DNA of 64,000 bases. Origin: Chiloscyllium plagiosum (Eukaryota). Location: NCBI RefSeq assembly GCF_004010195.1, contig NC_057726.1, forward strand, positions 53,180,722 through 53,244,721, in the 5' to 3' direction. Under the pieces are notes generated by a model. That model made no database searches. It was given only the letters and a program-made list of their open reading frames with translations, and had not been told where the DNA came from. Both the position numbers and the translations under genes were made by a program. Within the stretch, counting starts at the first letter, position 1; the number at the start of each line of letters is the position of its first letter. Of this stretch, positions 35,301 through 47,300 are shown in pieces.

Positions 35301-38300
35301 ATTGGCTGCAAAGTCAGATTGTTGAGAAATTTTTTTAAAAATTCTCCTATTTAAGCCTAACAGAACTACTGTGATGGCATTTGCTGCAGTGGCTGATTCT
35401 GTTGTATCCCTAAGTCTGAATTTCAAAACAGTTTGTCAGCTATGTTTCAAGTGGTAGCAGTCACCTCTGAGTCACAAGATTCCAAGTTCAATTCCCACTT
35501 CCGGATTTGAGCGCAAATGTCAAGGCTTGGTCATTGACTGCACTACTGACAATGTGCTGCAATGTCAGAGGTACGGTCTTTCAGAAGCTTGAGGCCCTTC
35601 ATCCTGCGTTGGGAAATGTAAAAGACTCCATTCAGCTCGAAAGAATTGCAGGGGAATTTCACCAATGACTTGACAATACTTATCCCTCCATCAAAGTCAA
35701 ATCAAAACTGGTCATTAGCATTTGTAGGAGTTTGCTGCGGCCGCACCACTTCTTGTATTAAAGCAGTGACCATGTTTCAAAAGTACTTCATTAGCTGTAA
35801 AGTCTTTTGAGAGATTAGTGGTCATGAACAGTGCTATATAAATTTATTTTTATAATAGCTTGCTTTGTGATCAAGGATAAGTGAAGGGGCAACAAAATAA
35901 AATGATCCCTTCAGATTTCAGTGGCATTTCTTGTCAGAATAACTCCAAAAGAAACTATTTTACACCAGTATGCTAAACCTGATTTACGAATAATTAAAGT
36001 TCCAGAAACAGTGGTGCTGCACTTGTTAATAGAATGTTGCTTGTCACTAAATTATTGTGAGCCAGTCTATATTTCAAATGGATTAATGACTATTATAAAA
36101 TGAAAACAGTAATTCAGTTTGCTCCAAATATGATTTTTATTTTTAATTTTTATTTGGGACTTTTAAAGCTGAGATTTTGTAGTGCATACTTTAATTTTAT
36201 TTAATTCTCCAGGGAAATGGCAAAATTAAATCTTACAAGTACAGCAATTAGACAAGTGTTTAAGAACATACTGTTCTCTATGTTTAATATTCTTCAGTCA
36301 AGTACGTGACAGAAACCAAATTGAAAGCCTCTGAAGGAAATATATGCTTTTCTAATTGAAAATGGTATCCAGATGTTTGGAAAGCTGTTTTTTTAAACTT
36401 TCTTGGCCCTTAGAGCAGATTGTTTCTAGATTCTGTGGGTCAATTGTAAATTTAGAAGGTAAGACTAATAAATGTGATTTTATCCGTATAAATTTTCTAA
36501 ATGATTGACAGGTCTTGGGAATGAAAACAAATTGAATTGAGCTTTAAATATTTGCAATTTATTCATTGTGTTCCAGTACTGCACTGCTCCAAGCTTCAGA
36601 GAAATTAGTGAGTGGGAGAGATTTTACACCAGGTAGCTGAAGTACGCTATTTCTAGTTGCGAAAGCCAAAAAGGGGTTCCAGTTCTGGAGCATGCTTCAA
36701 AAAGGCGTGTGTTTTAGATTAGATTAGATTAGATTAGATTACTTAGTGTGGAAACAGGCCCTTCGGCCCAACAAGTCCACACCGACCCGCCGAAGCGCAA
36801 CCCACCCATACCCCTATATTTACCCCTTTAACCTAACACTACGGGCAATTTGGCATGGCCAATTCACCTGACCTGCACATCTTTGGACTGTGGGAGGAAA
36901 CCGGAGCACCCGGAGGAAACCCACGCAGACACGGGGAGAATGTGCAAACTCCACACAGTCAGTCGCCTGAGTCAGGAATTGAACCTGGGTCTCTGGCGCT
37001 GTGAGGCAGCAGTGCTAACCACTGTGCCACCGTGCCGCCCAAAAAAAAAAGAGTTCGTTGGGCCCCCACTTGTCCCGGCCCTTGCGGAGTTGCTCCGAGC
37101 CGAGGCCGGTTTTAATTAATGTTTCTCCTCTTATAATGCCGCCTTAGTTTTCCAAGGTTGTAATTTCTGCTGTAGTTGTCATATTGAAGAGTTGTCTATA
37201 ATTCCATCAGACCATAACATACAGAAGCAGAATAGGTCATTTGGCCCATAGAGTCTACTCTGCCATTCAATCAAGGCTGAGAAATTTCTCAATTCCAATC
37301 TCCTGCCTGCTCCCTGTGATCCTTAATTCCCTTACCAATTAGAATCTATCTGTTTTTGTCTTAAATACACTCAATGATTTGGCCTCCACAGCCTCTTGCA
37401 GTAATGAGTTCCACCTTCTGGCTGAAGAAATTCCTTGCAATCTCCGTTCTAAAGGCTGGCCCTTCACTCTAAGGTTGTGCCCTCAGTTCCTAGTCTGTTC
37501 AACAAGTGGAAACACCATCTCTGCTTTCACTCTATATCTGCTTCTCAGTATTCTAAGTTTGTCAGTTTCAGTTCTTGTAAATACTTTTATTGATGCTAAT
37601 TTTAATAGCAGTATGAATATGAACAAGTCTCAATAAATTGTGTACATATTACATTTTAAATATAGAAAAACATTCAAACGTACTTTTAAATATAATCAGA
37701 TAAATGAGTGGAAATAGACTAAACGTGAGGAGTAAAAGGGTTCAGAGGAATATGGGCCAAGTGCTGGCAAATGGGACTAGGTTAGGTTGGGATATCTGGT
37801 TGGCATGGATGAGTTGGACCGAAGGGCCTGTTTCCGTGCTGTGTATCTCTGACTCTAAAAGAATAAAATGCAGAAGAGGCAAGAGGGAGATAAAAGCATT
37901 TGAGCAGGTTCTCTGGGAAACTGCAGGCATTCTTAATATAAGATCCCCAGAAATCTTCCTCTGCTGTGCTCTTTTAAATTTATAACCCTCACTGTTGACT
38001 TGGTTCATACTATGGCAGCAATTATTGACTGATCTTGCAGTTTATCCAACTCCCCCTTCTCCATTTGTTATTTGACTAAATATATTCCACATCACCCTTA
38101 TTTCACGGTTTGTGGTTCTCCTTAAGTCTGAAGTAAGTTTTGAACTTAAAACTGTTCTGTTGTTTACCAACTTTGTGGACCTTCTCTGCAAAGCTTAGAT
38201 ATTTTCCTGTGAATCTGTAACTAAAATAGTTATGAAAGTTAAATGTGACAAAGTTTGTTCAAGGTTTCAGTTACAGTAGATTTGTCTGAAATTAACCATA

Positions 38301-41300
38301 GGATTAAACCTGAATTTAAAGTGGATCCAAAATACTGTCAAAAATGGGTTGTCAACCTGATGAGTGCTTGCAAATATGTGTTCTCTCATCAAATTTGGTT
38401 GAAAATGGAGTGTTGCATCTTATAAACTTGCCATCAGTACTACTTTAAAGCATTTTTAAACCTCAGTGGATTACTTGAAGACATTCTGACCCAGTTTCCT
38501 GTGAGGAAGTTAAAGTATTTATATTGTGAAATTAACTGGGTGAATGATTAGTTCTGTACTAACCATCAAATATTTTTCCCCTCGCAGCAGCCCCTCATTT
38601 CATGTGAAAGCTGTTTTGTATAAGTCTAGTCACCAGTAATGAGCAACATATTGCTTTATGCTCAAAGCCATGTTCTACTTAATGAATAAATTACATTAAA
38701 AGTTAAAGCCAAAAGTTACCAAAGTGCCACAATGGCAGTTTTCAGTTTTGCTTTTGCAAATCCTGACCCTAGCCAAGTGCTGAAAAATTAATATTCCCAA
38801 AGAGATGATTTTCATTTGCATGTGACTTAATTGAAAGGATATTTTTGGAAGATTATTTTAGAGGAACCTTGATTATCGCTAGTTAATTGATGCTGGATAA
38901 CTTAGTTAGCCATGCATTGGGATGTTGCGATCTTGTTCGGATCATTCGAAATTCGGTTAATAGAGTGAAAGATAATCGAGGTTCCTTTGCAAAACCAAAA
39001 GCACTTCCTAATTTGTTTTCTGCTTCCTTTGTAATTTGCACATTTTTAAAAAAACACTCATCGTAGTCTTACTAACAGTGTAGGGGTTCACTTATCCACA
39101 CGCGCACATGTTAAATTACGCAATAAATTAGAGGTAACTACATTGCTTTAGTTGGTTCTTGATGCTGACCTCTTCCTGATTATTGCAACACTAAACTTAT
39201 TTGGTCAACTATGTTCACAATGTTCAAGAAAGTGAATGGGTGCTGACCTTAATAAGTGAAGGATTGCAGTACAGGTACACAATCCTTTATCCAAAGTCCT
39301 TGGGGCCAGTTGTTTTTGGGATTTTGGAATTTTTCAGATTTCAGAATAAATTACATTTTCACACTGAAATTTAAAAAAAACTTACCACACAGCAGATCCA
39401 CACTTGACTAGTATGAGTGCTGAGACACAACGGGCGCCTGCCAGTGCTGGGCCGTGCCGCCACATCACATCTGAGTGATGCAGTAGAGTGTGGGGGGAAT
39501 TGGGTCACCTGTTATACAGAAATAAAACTTCACAAAAAACTTGGAGCTTTTTGGATTTTGGATAAAGGATTGTGTACCTGTACTAAGATGCAGAAGTCAT
39601 GCTGCATACAAAACCTTGGTTAGGCTCCACTTGGTGATACTGAGAGCAGATCTGGGTACCCCACATAAGAAAAATATATTGGCCTTGGATTGAGTGTAGC
39701 ATAGGTTTATGAGAATGATATGTGAATTGCAGGGGTTAAGTTATGAGGAGAAACTATACAAATTAGGTTTGTTTTCTCTAGAATCTAGAAGGTTAAGGGG
39801 TGACCTGATTGAAGACTTCAAGGTAGTAACAGAAAAATACATGACGGTTAACTTATTTCCACTTGGGCATTCTAGAGCTAGAGGGCATATTATGAGAATT
39901 ACGGTTACACCATTCAGGAGATTGTAAGACCATTGGAAATAAGAGGAGGAGGCCATTCGGCCAATCACGGCTGATTCAACATTCCACACACATCCCTGTA
40001 ACACTTGATTTCCGTATGCATGAATAATCTAGCTATCTCAGCCTTAAGTATGCACAAGAACTCTGTCCCCACAGTTCTGTGGCAAGGATTTCAAAAAATA
40101 CTCAACCCTCAGAAGAAATTGCTCACCTAAGTCTTAAATTGGCACCCCTTTGTTCTGACACCAAACCCTCTGGCCTTAGCCTCTTCCATGAACAGAAGCA
40201 TCATCTCAGCGTTTACCCTGTCAAGTCCCTTAAGAATCTTATGTTTTAATAAGGTCACCTCTTATTCTTCTAAACTCCAGTGAGTAGAATCCCAACCTGT
40301 TTAGTCTTTGCTCACAAGGCCATCCCTCCACATCATGTATCATCCTAGTGAATCTTCTCTGAATTGCCTCCAATGAAATGATACCTTGCCTTTAAATAAG
40401 GGGACCAGAACTGCACTCGGACTCCAGATGTGGGCTCACCAGATCCTTGTGTTCCACAGGGATCAGTGCTGGGGCCACTGTTATAAGCAAATAATCTGGA
40501 AGAGGGCATTGGTGGTCCAATCAGTAAATTTGCAGATGACACAAAGATTGGTGGCATAGCAGAAAGCATAGGGGACTATCAAAGAATACAGCAGAATATA
40601 GACCGGAGAGTTGGATGGAGAAGTGGCAGATGGAGTTCAATTTGGGCAAATGTAAGGTGTTGCATTTTGGGAGGTCTAATTCCAGAGCAAACTATACTGT
40701 AAACAGAAGAACCTTGGGAAAAGTTGATGAGCAGAGAGATCTGAGAGTTCGGGTTCATTGTACCCTGAAGGTGGCTGCACAGGTGAATCACGTGGTCAAG
40801 AAGGCAATATGGTATGCTTGCCTTCGTCAGACGGGATATTGAGTATAAGAGCTGGCAGATAGTGTTAAAATTGTACAAGACTTTGGTTCGGCCGCATTTA
40901 AAATACGGTGTATAGTTCTGATTGCCACATTACCAAAAGGATGGGGACATTTTGGAGAGGGTGCAGAGAAGGTTTACGATGATGTTGCCTAGTATGGAAA
41001 GTGCTAGCTATGAAGAGAGGGTGATTAAGTTAGGATTGTTTTCATTAGAAAAAAGGAGATTGGGGGACCTGATTGAGGTCTACAAATCATGAAGGGTGAA
41101 TAGAGATAAGCTTTTTCCCAGGGTGAGGGATTCAATAATAAGAGGTACGTGTTCAAGGTGAGGGGAGAAAAGTTTAAGGGGGGGTATACGTGGAAAGTAC
41201 TTTGCACAGAGGGTGGGAGGTTCCTGGAATGCATTGCCAGCAGAGATGGTAGAGGCAGGCATGGTAGATTCATTTAAGGTGTGTCTGGACAGATGCATGA

Positions 41301-44300
41301 GTAGGTGGGAGCAGAGGGATACAGATCCTTAGGAATTGGGTGATAGCTTTAGATGGTACAGGCTCGAAGGGCTGAATGGTCTACTCCTGCACCTATTGTC
41401 TATTATCTATTTGGATCAGCACAAGCTTGGAGGGCTGAAGGGCTTGTTCCTGGGCTCTAAATTTTCTTTGTTCTTATTCTTGTCATTTGCAGTAAGATTT
41501 CCTTATTCTTAAATACAAATCTCTGGAAATAAGGGCCAGCATTCCATTAGCCTTCCTGAATACCTGCTGCACCAGTGTGCTAACTTGCCTGTTAGGAAGC
41601 ACCTGTACACACACACAGTGGTAATGCTTGGAACTCTATTCCACAAATGGCAATGGATGCTGGATGGATCACTTTTTTTTTCTATCTGAGATAAATACAT
41701 CTTTGCTAGGCAAAGGTATAAAGGATAAGAAAAGCCCAAATGGAGTTAGGCCACAGATCAGCCATGATGCCATTGATTGGCAGAGCAGGCTTCAAGATCT
41801 GAATAGCCTATTCCTGTTCCTATGTTGACTTCCTCAGCTACCTGCATTCCCAGAGTTTTAGACGATTTTGTACCATGGGTGCGTACTGTATCTTGCAATC
41901 TTAAATTTGTTAAAAATGGATCTGTTTCGTTTGGATTTTGCATGGATGTATATCAGATGACAATTTCCTAGGTTTGACCAGTGTTCTGTTGAGCTTGTAG
42001 AACTGCCCAATGAATCAAATGTGTAGTCTAGGTTAGTGGTATATATGCTGCAATTTGCTTGCATTGTATCACATTCAAATGATTTGGTTTAACACTTATT
42101 TTGGCCCATTTCTCTTCACCCTACTACTGTACGATTTAGTGGACCTTTGGAGAGAGGATTGCAAGGTTGGGGAAGATATACTTAACCTGTGTTAAAGCTT
42201 GGTTAGATGTAGCACAGGTATATAGCACACAAAAGAGAGTAGATATGATCAATGAGAAAAATGTGTAGCATAATTGCTGATGTGAATTGGTTGAGCTGAA
42301 CACACTTACTTTGTATGTCACATATAATCCTCTGCATTTATAATCCTTGGGTCTGAATTCTTCCCAGGGTACTGGAAAGAAAATCTGAATTTGTCTCTCT
42401 ACAATAGATTGCTATATACCATCTGCAAGCTGCATTGGAGCAATTTATTGAGGCTGTGTTGACAGCAGCTTTCAAACTCGCAACCTCTGCTTAGAAGGAA
42501 GGGTCGTTTTAAGATAGAAAAGTTATACCTTAAGTTCATGAAACATATTGTCATTTTTCAATTGTTACGTTGAACTTCCTACCTAAACAGCTTTGGGAGT
42601 AGTTTGCTACGTGGGACTGTCGTGGTTCAGGAAGATGACTCTTCATCTTTGAGGGTAACATGGGTTAGGAGCAGATGCTGGACCTTCTGATGGTACCTGT
42701 GAATGATTACCCAACTCTATTTTTAATATAGTCTTGGCTTGAAACCTACAACATATGATTCAGCAGAGGACGGCAACCTTAATTTATAACCTTGGAAAGA
42801 AGTTGGTTTCTCTACATGCTATGATCTAAAGTTGATTTTAAGAAATCTATTGGCAAGATCTGTAGATATTTGCTGAAGCTGGATTTCAGAAATGGGATAA
42901 TGTTCATTTTCCCCATGTTAATGTGTCTCAGTTCAATTGCCACAAATGGCAAAACTATCATATTTGAGGTGATTTGTGCCATCAAACTGCATATAGCAAT
43001 ATGGTAGACTACAGGAAGGAAGTACATGAAAGTCTACTCAACTTGTTGGCCTGCAATTTATTTTCCACTCCTTGTTTAGTGGTGATCTCTATTTTGCTGG
43101 GATGAAGAAGCATTGTCTTGTGGAATATTTAACAGTTAATTTTCTTGTCACATCTTACAGATCTAAAGCTTCACCTCCAGAGCACAGACTATGGCAATTT
43201 CCTGGCAAATGAGGCCTCCCCACTCACTGTGTCAGTGATTGATGACAAGTTGAAGGAGAAGATGGTGGTTGAATTTAGGCATATGAGGAACCATGCATAT
43301 GAACCCCTGGGCAGCTTTCTTGATTTCATCACGTGAGTAAAACGTCTTGTGAATGGGTCAAAATAATGCAGGACAGCAATCTTCCTTGGTTTTAAGGATA
43401 ATGTTTGTATCCTATTTTCTCTAGTTGTCTGAGCTGTCGATCCTTCCTCAACCAACAACCAAAAATTGATTAACTGCATAATCAACTCATTGCTATTTGG
43501 GTTTGAGTACAGTTCATTTGTGTTTACCTGAATACAGGTGGTGATTATTTAAAGACTGGTTAATTGGACACATTCCTGTTTGAATATTATCAGGTGCTAT
43601 GTCAATGCAAAAGCTTTAATAGTGATTTAGGTCCCAGTCTTTATAGTGATAAAGTCCTAAAATACTAATGAGCATGAAGTACTCCCAGAATTGCACCATC
43701 CAAATCAAAAGCAAAATTTGATGCCTGACCATCCATATTCCACTGCTTTCTATATTCTAATTCAAACAAGTATTGAAAATTTGGAATGTCAGTCGCCAAA
43801 TATTATTCTTTGCACCAAGAGCAAGAATACACTTTGAAAGTGGACAGCAAGAAGCTTTAGAGAAGATAGTTGGCAAAAATTGTTTCATGACTATTGAATA
43901 CAACTATTATATTGATTATGATTTACAAATTGGTTGGCAGCTTGTTGCATTTAAAATATTGTACTCCTTTCAGGATATACATTTTTGTTTTAAAAGCATT
44001 TTGGAACACCATCCCAACCATGATTAGCTGAAATAGGGCAGTTGCTTTTCAAAATACCTGCTATCTTAACCAACACGAACCTAAATGCTGCCCAGTATAA
44101 ATGTTGTGGAACGGCTCTTGTGCAATAATAGTGTTCTTATTGCTGAGTCAGGAGGCCTGAGTTCAATTCCCACCTGATCTAAAGGTGTATAATAACACAT
44201 TTGGACAGATTGATTTAAAAAGAAATGTTATGAGAAGAAGGTTTCTTCACTGGATGATTTTAAGACATTTGCAAGATTACAAGTTGCCTGAAGTATTGAC

Positions 44301-47300
44301 ATTTTTTAAGTATCAGATTGACTTTGCTATTTGCCTCAATCAGGCTTTCTTGTTTAAGCTTCCAGGTAAGCTTTAAGATCTCTTTGCTGGCTTTCAGCTT
44401 CGTGTTTGATGCTTTGAATGTACTGCACATCTCATACTGACTCCCACCCACTTTTCTTTTTAAACCTTTGAAACTTGCCACTTTGACCCATTAATTTTCC
44501 TTCCTACTTGTTCATTTTCTATTCCCTTTATGTCAATAATAGTGGAATCAATCTTTAACCATAATTTTCTTACATTCACAATTTCCTTCAAAAATGTTTT
44601 ATTCCACATTTTCAAAAACTTAATCTATCTCATCTTGACTTGCTACTTTCTTTAGCTCCCTTGTGTTTGAGGTCCTGCTATTGTCAAATCCTCCTCCATT
44701 TCTTGAAGTGCTTTAGGATATTTGCTACACTAAAGGCAAATGATCTTAATCATTGCATTCTAATTTTACAACAGTCTGGCATTCTTTTTAAAAAAAACTA
44801 AGGTTTCAGACTGAGCTCTTTTATAAGCTATTAATGTATAATTTTATTGATACAGGTACAGCTACATGATAGACAATGTCATTCTCCTGATTACTGGAAC
44901 ATTACACCAGCGCTCCATTTCTGAGTTAGTTCCAAAGTGCCATCCCTTAGGTAGCTTTGAGCAGATGGAAGCAGTCAATATTGCCCAGACACCAGCAGAA
45001 CTTTACAATGCCATCTTGGTTGATACACCTTTAGGTAAGGTATGATTCTAAAGATTTTTTTAAAATAGAAAACTCCTAATGAGAAAAGTTGTTTAATTAC
45101 TCTATGATTGACCCAAGAACATGAGTGAAAGCATTTTTCTGAAGCGGGCTAATGGTTTTATAGCAGAGTAGGGTGATTACTTTAAAGAAATTGCTATGTT
45201 TGTGAAAGCCAGCCAAGCTGCAGTCACTTAAAGGGACAAATGTTGAGCATGCTTAAGATTGCGCAATGCTGTTTTATTGAGTTCATTAAATGGAAAGTTA
45301 AGTTCGTTTTCTTTATGCTGGGTTGCTTAGTTATTTAGTGAGTACTGCAAAAATTTACGGTGCTGATTGAGTTGAGTTATGTTCCTCATTGCACCTAGTC
45401 CTTCAATTAGGACATGTTATAGCTGTGTATAAATTGGAAGAGTGATCTGCCTACATCTCCACGGTGTTAATGACACTGACCAGAAAGAACAATTAGTCTG
45501 CTAAAAAGTAAATATAAAGGCAGGTTTAACGGTAAAGAGTGCATATTGGAGTTGCAAAGGACTGGGTTTGAATTGAAAACATTCACTTTTGGAACATGTC
45601 AGTACATTGCCTCCATAAAATTTAAAGATCTAGAGCACTGCATGAACAAATTGCAATCTTATTAAAGCTAGTTTGCATGTAATACTTTGACCTCAGAAAT
45701 AAAAATGGGGTTATCATTTAAGTGTTCAAAGATTAAATGTTCTTTTAAAATCAATAACACTACTGTAGAAAATCGAAATATCCTGCTGCTGTGTTTGGCA
45801 CTAAAACATTAGCAACAGCCTTAAGCTGGCAGTGCCAAATGGATGATTACATCTCTGCCTCCTCCTGAGGTCCCCAGCATCACAGATGCCAGTCTTCAGC
45901 GAACTTGACTCATTCCAAGTGATATCAAGAGGCACTAGAAACTGCAAAATCTATGGGCATTGGCAACCTTCCAACAATAGTATGGAAGACTTGTATTCCA
46001 GAACTTGCACCCTTAGCCAAGCAGTTCAGCCACAACACTGGCATTTACCCCTGACAATGCGGAAAACTTCTCCGGTATGTCCTATACACAAAAGGCAGGA
46101 CAAATCCAATCCGAACAGTTGATGAAAGTTGACAAAAGTAGAATGATCAAGTGGCAAGCTCCAAACCATTTACCACCCTAACTTGGAAGTACATCACCTT
46201 TTCTTCAATGTCATTGGGTTCAAAATCTGGAGCTCCCTCCCCACTGGCGGTGGTATTTTACTTACACCAAATGTAAGAAGCCATCTTCTCAAGGGCAACT
46301 AGGAATGGGCTAAAATGCTTCGTCAGTGATGCCCATGTCCCATGAGTGAATTAAAAATTAGTGAGAAAATGGCATTTAAGAATTGTACTTATACACAGTA
46401 TAATATACAATAGAATACATTAGCATACTGTGCCCTGAGAACTTGTTATCCTTGATCTTCCAGCTTCTTACAGGGTATTAAGTACAAAACATCCAGAAAC
46501 CAGTCTCAAAGATTTTGGATCTTCCAATCTACAGTGTTTAAAAATCACACAACACCAGGTTATAGTCCAACAGGTTTAATTGGAAGCACTAGCTTTCGGA
46601 GTGCCGCTACTTCAGGTAGTTGTGGAGGACACAATTGTAAAAGGGAGAATTTATAGCAAAAGTTTACAGTGTAATGTAACTGAAATTATACATTGAAAAA
46701 TACCTTGATTGTTTGTTGAGTCTTCCATCTGTTAGAATACCATGATAGTTTCACTTCTTTTATCATGGTATTCTAACAGATGAAAGACTCAACAAACAAT
46801 CAGGGTATTTTTCGATGTATAATTTCAGTTACATCACACTGTAAACTTTTGCTATAAATTCTGCGTCTTACATTTGTTTCCTTCACAGCCACCTGACAAA
46901 GGAGCGGCGCTCCGAAAGCTAGTGCTTCCAATTAAACCTGTTGGACTAAACCTGGTGTTGTGATTTTTAACTTTGTACACCCCAGTCCAACACTGGCATC
47001 TCCAAATCATGACCAATCTACAGTAGTGAGGCAGAAACAATACTTTGTATAACATGAAAGGCCGCAGACATTACTGTTAGATTTTAATGAGTATTGATAT
47101 TAAAAGTGCACATAACTGCAAGTTTACCAAGTGAGAGAGGCTATTTGTGTGAACACTTAGTTGACAGAACAGGTCATGTCATATCCTTTACAGTTTGGGC
47201 TACTTGGAAAATAAGCCTGTTTTGCAAATCTTTGGGCCCCTCAGGCAATCGGAAATATATCTGAACTTAATTTAAAGGTTATAAGATCTGTGATTCTTTC

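Noticed and set aside
36714-36740. (TTAGA)n as telomere-like or CRISPR-like repeat
   Set aside because: It is the SINE 3' tandem tail; it is not TTAGGG and has no spacers
36990-37040. tRNA gene
   Set aside because: The A/B boxes belong to the tRNA-derived head of a SINE and there is no complete cloverleaf
39926-41470. Second twin-priming-like LINE inversion
   Set aside because: Both pieces have their own 3' tails of different types, so they are two back-to-back insertions
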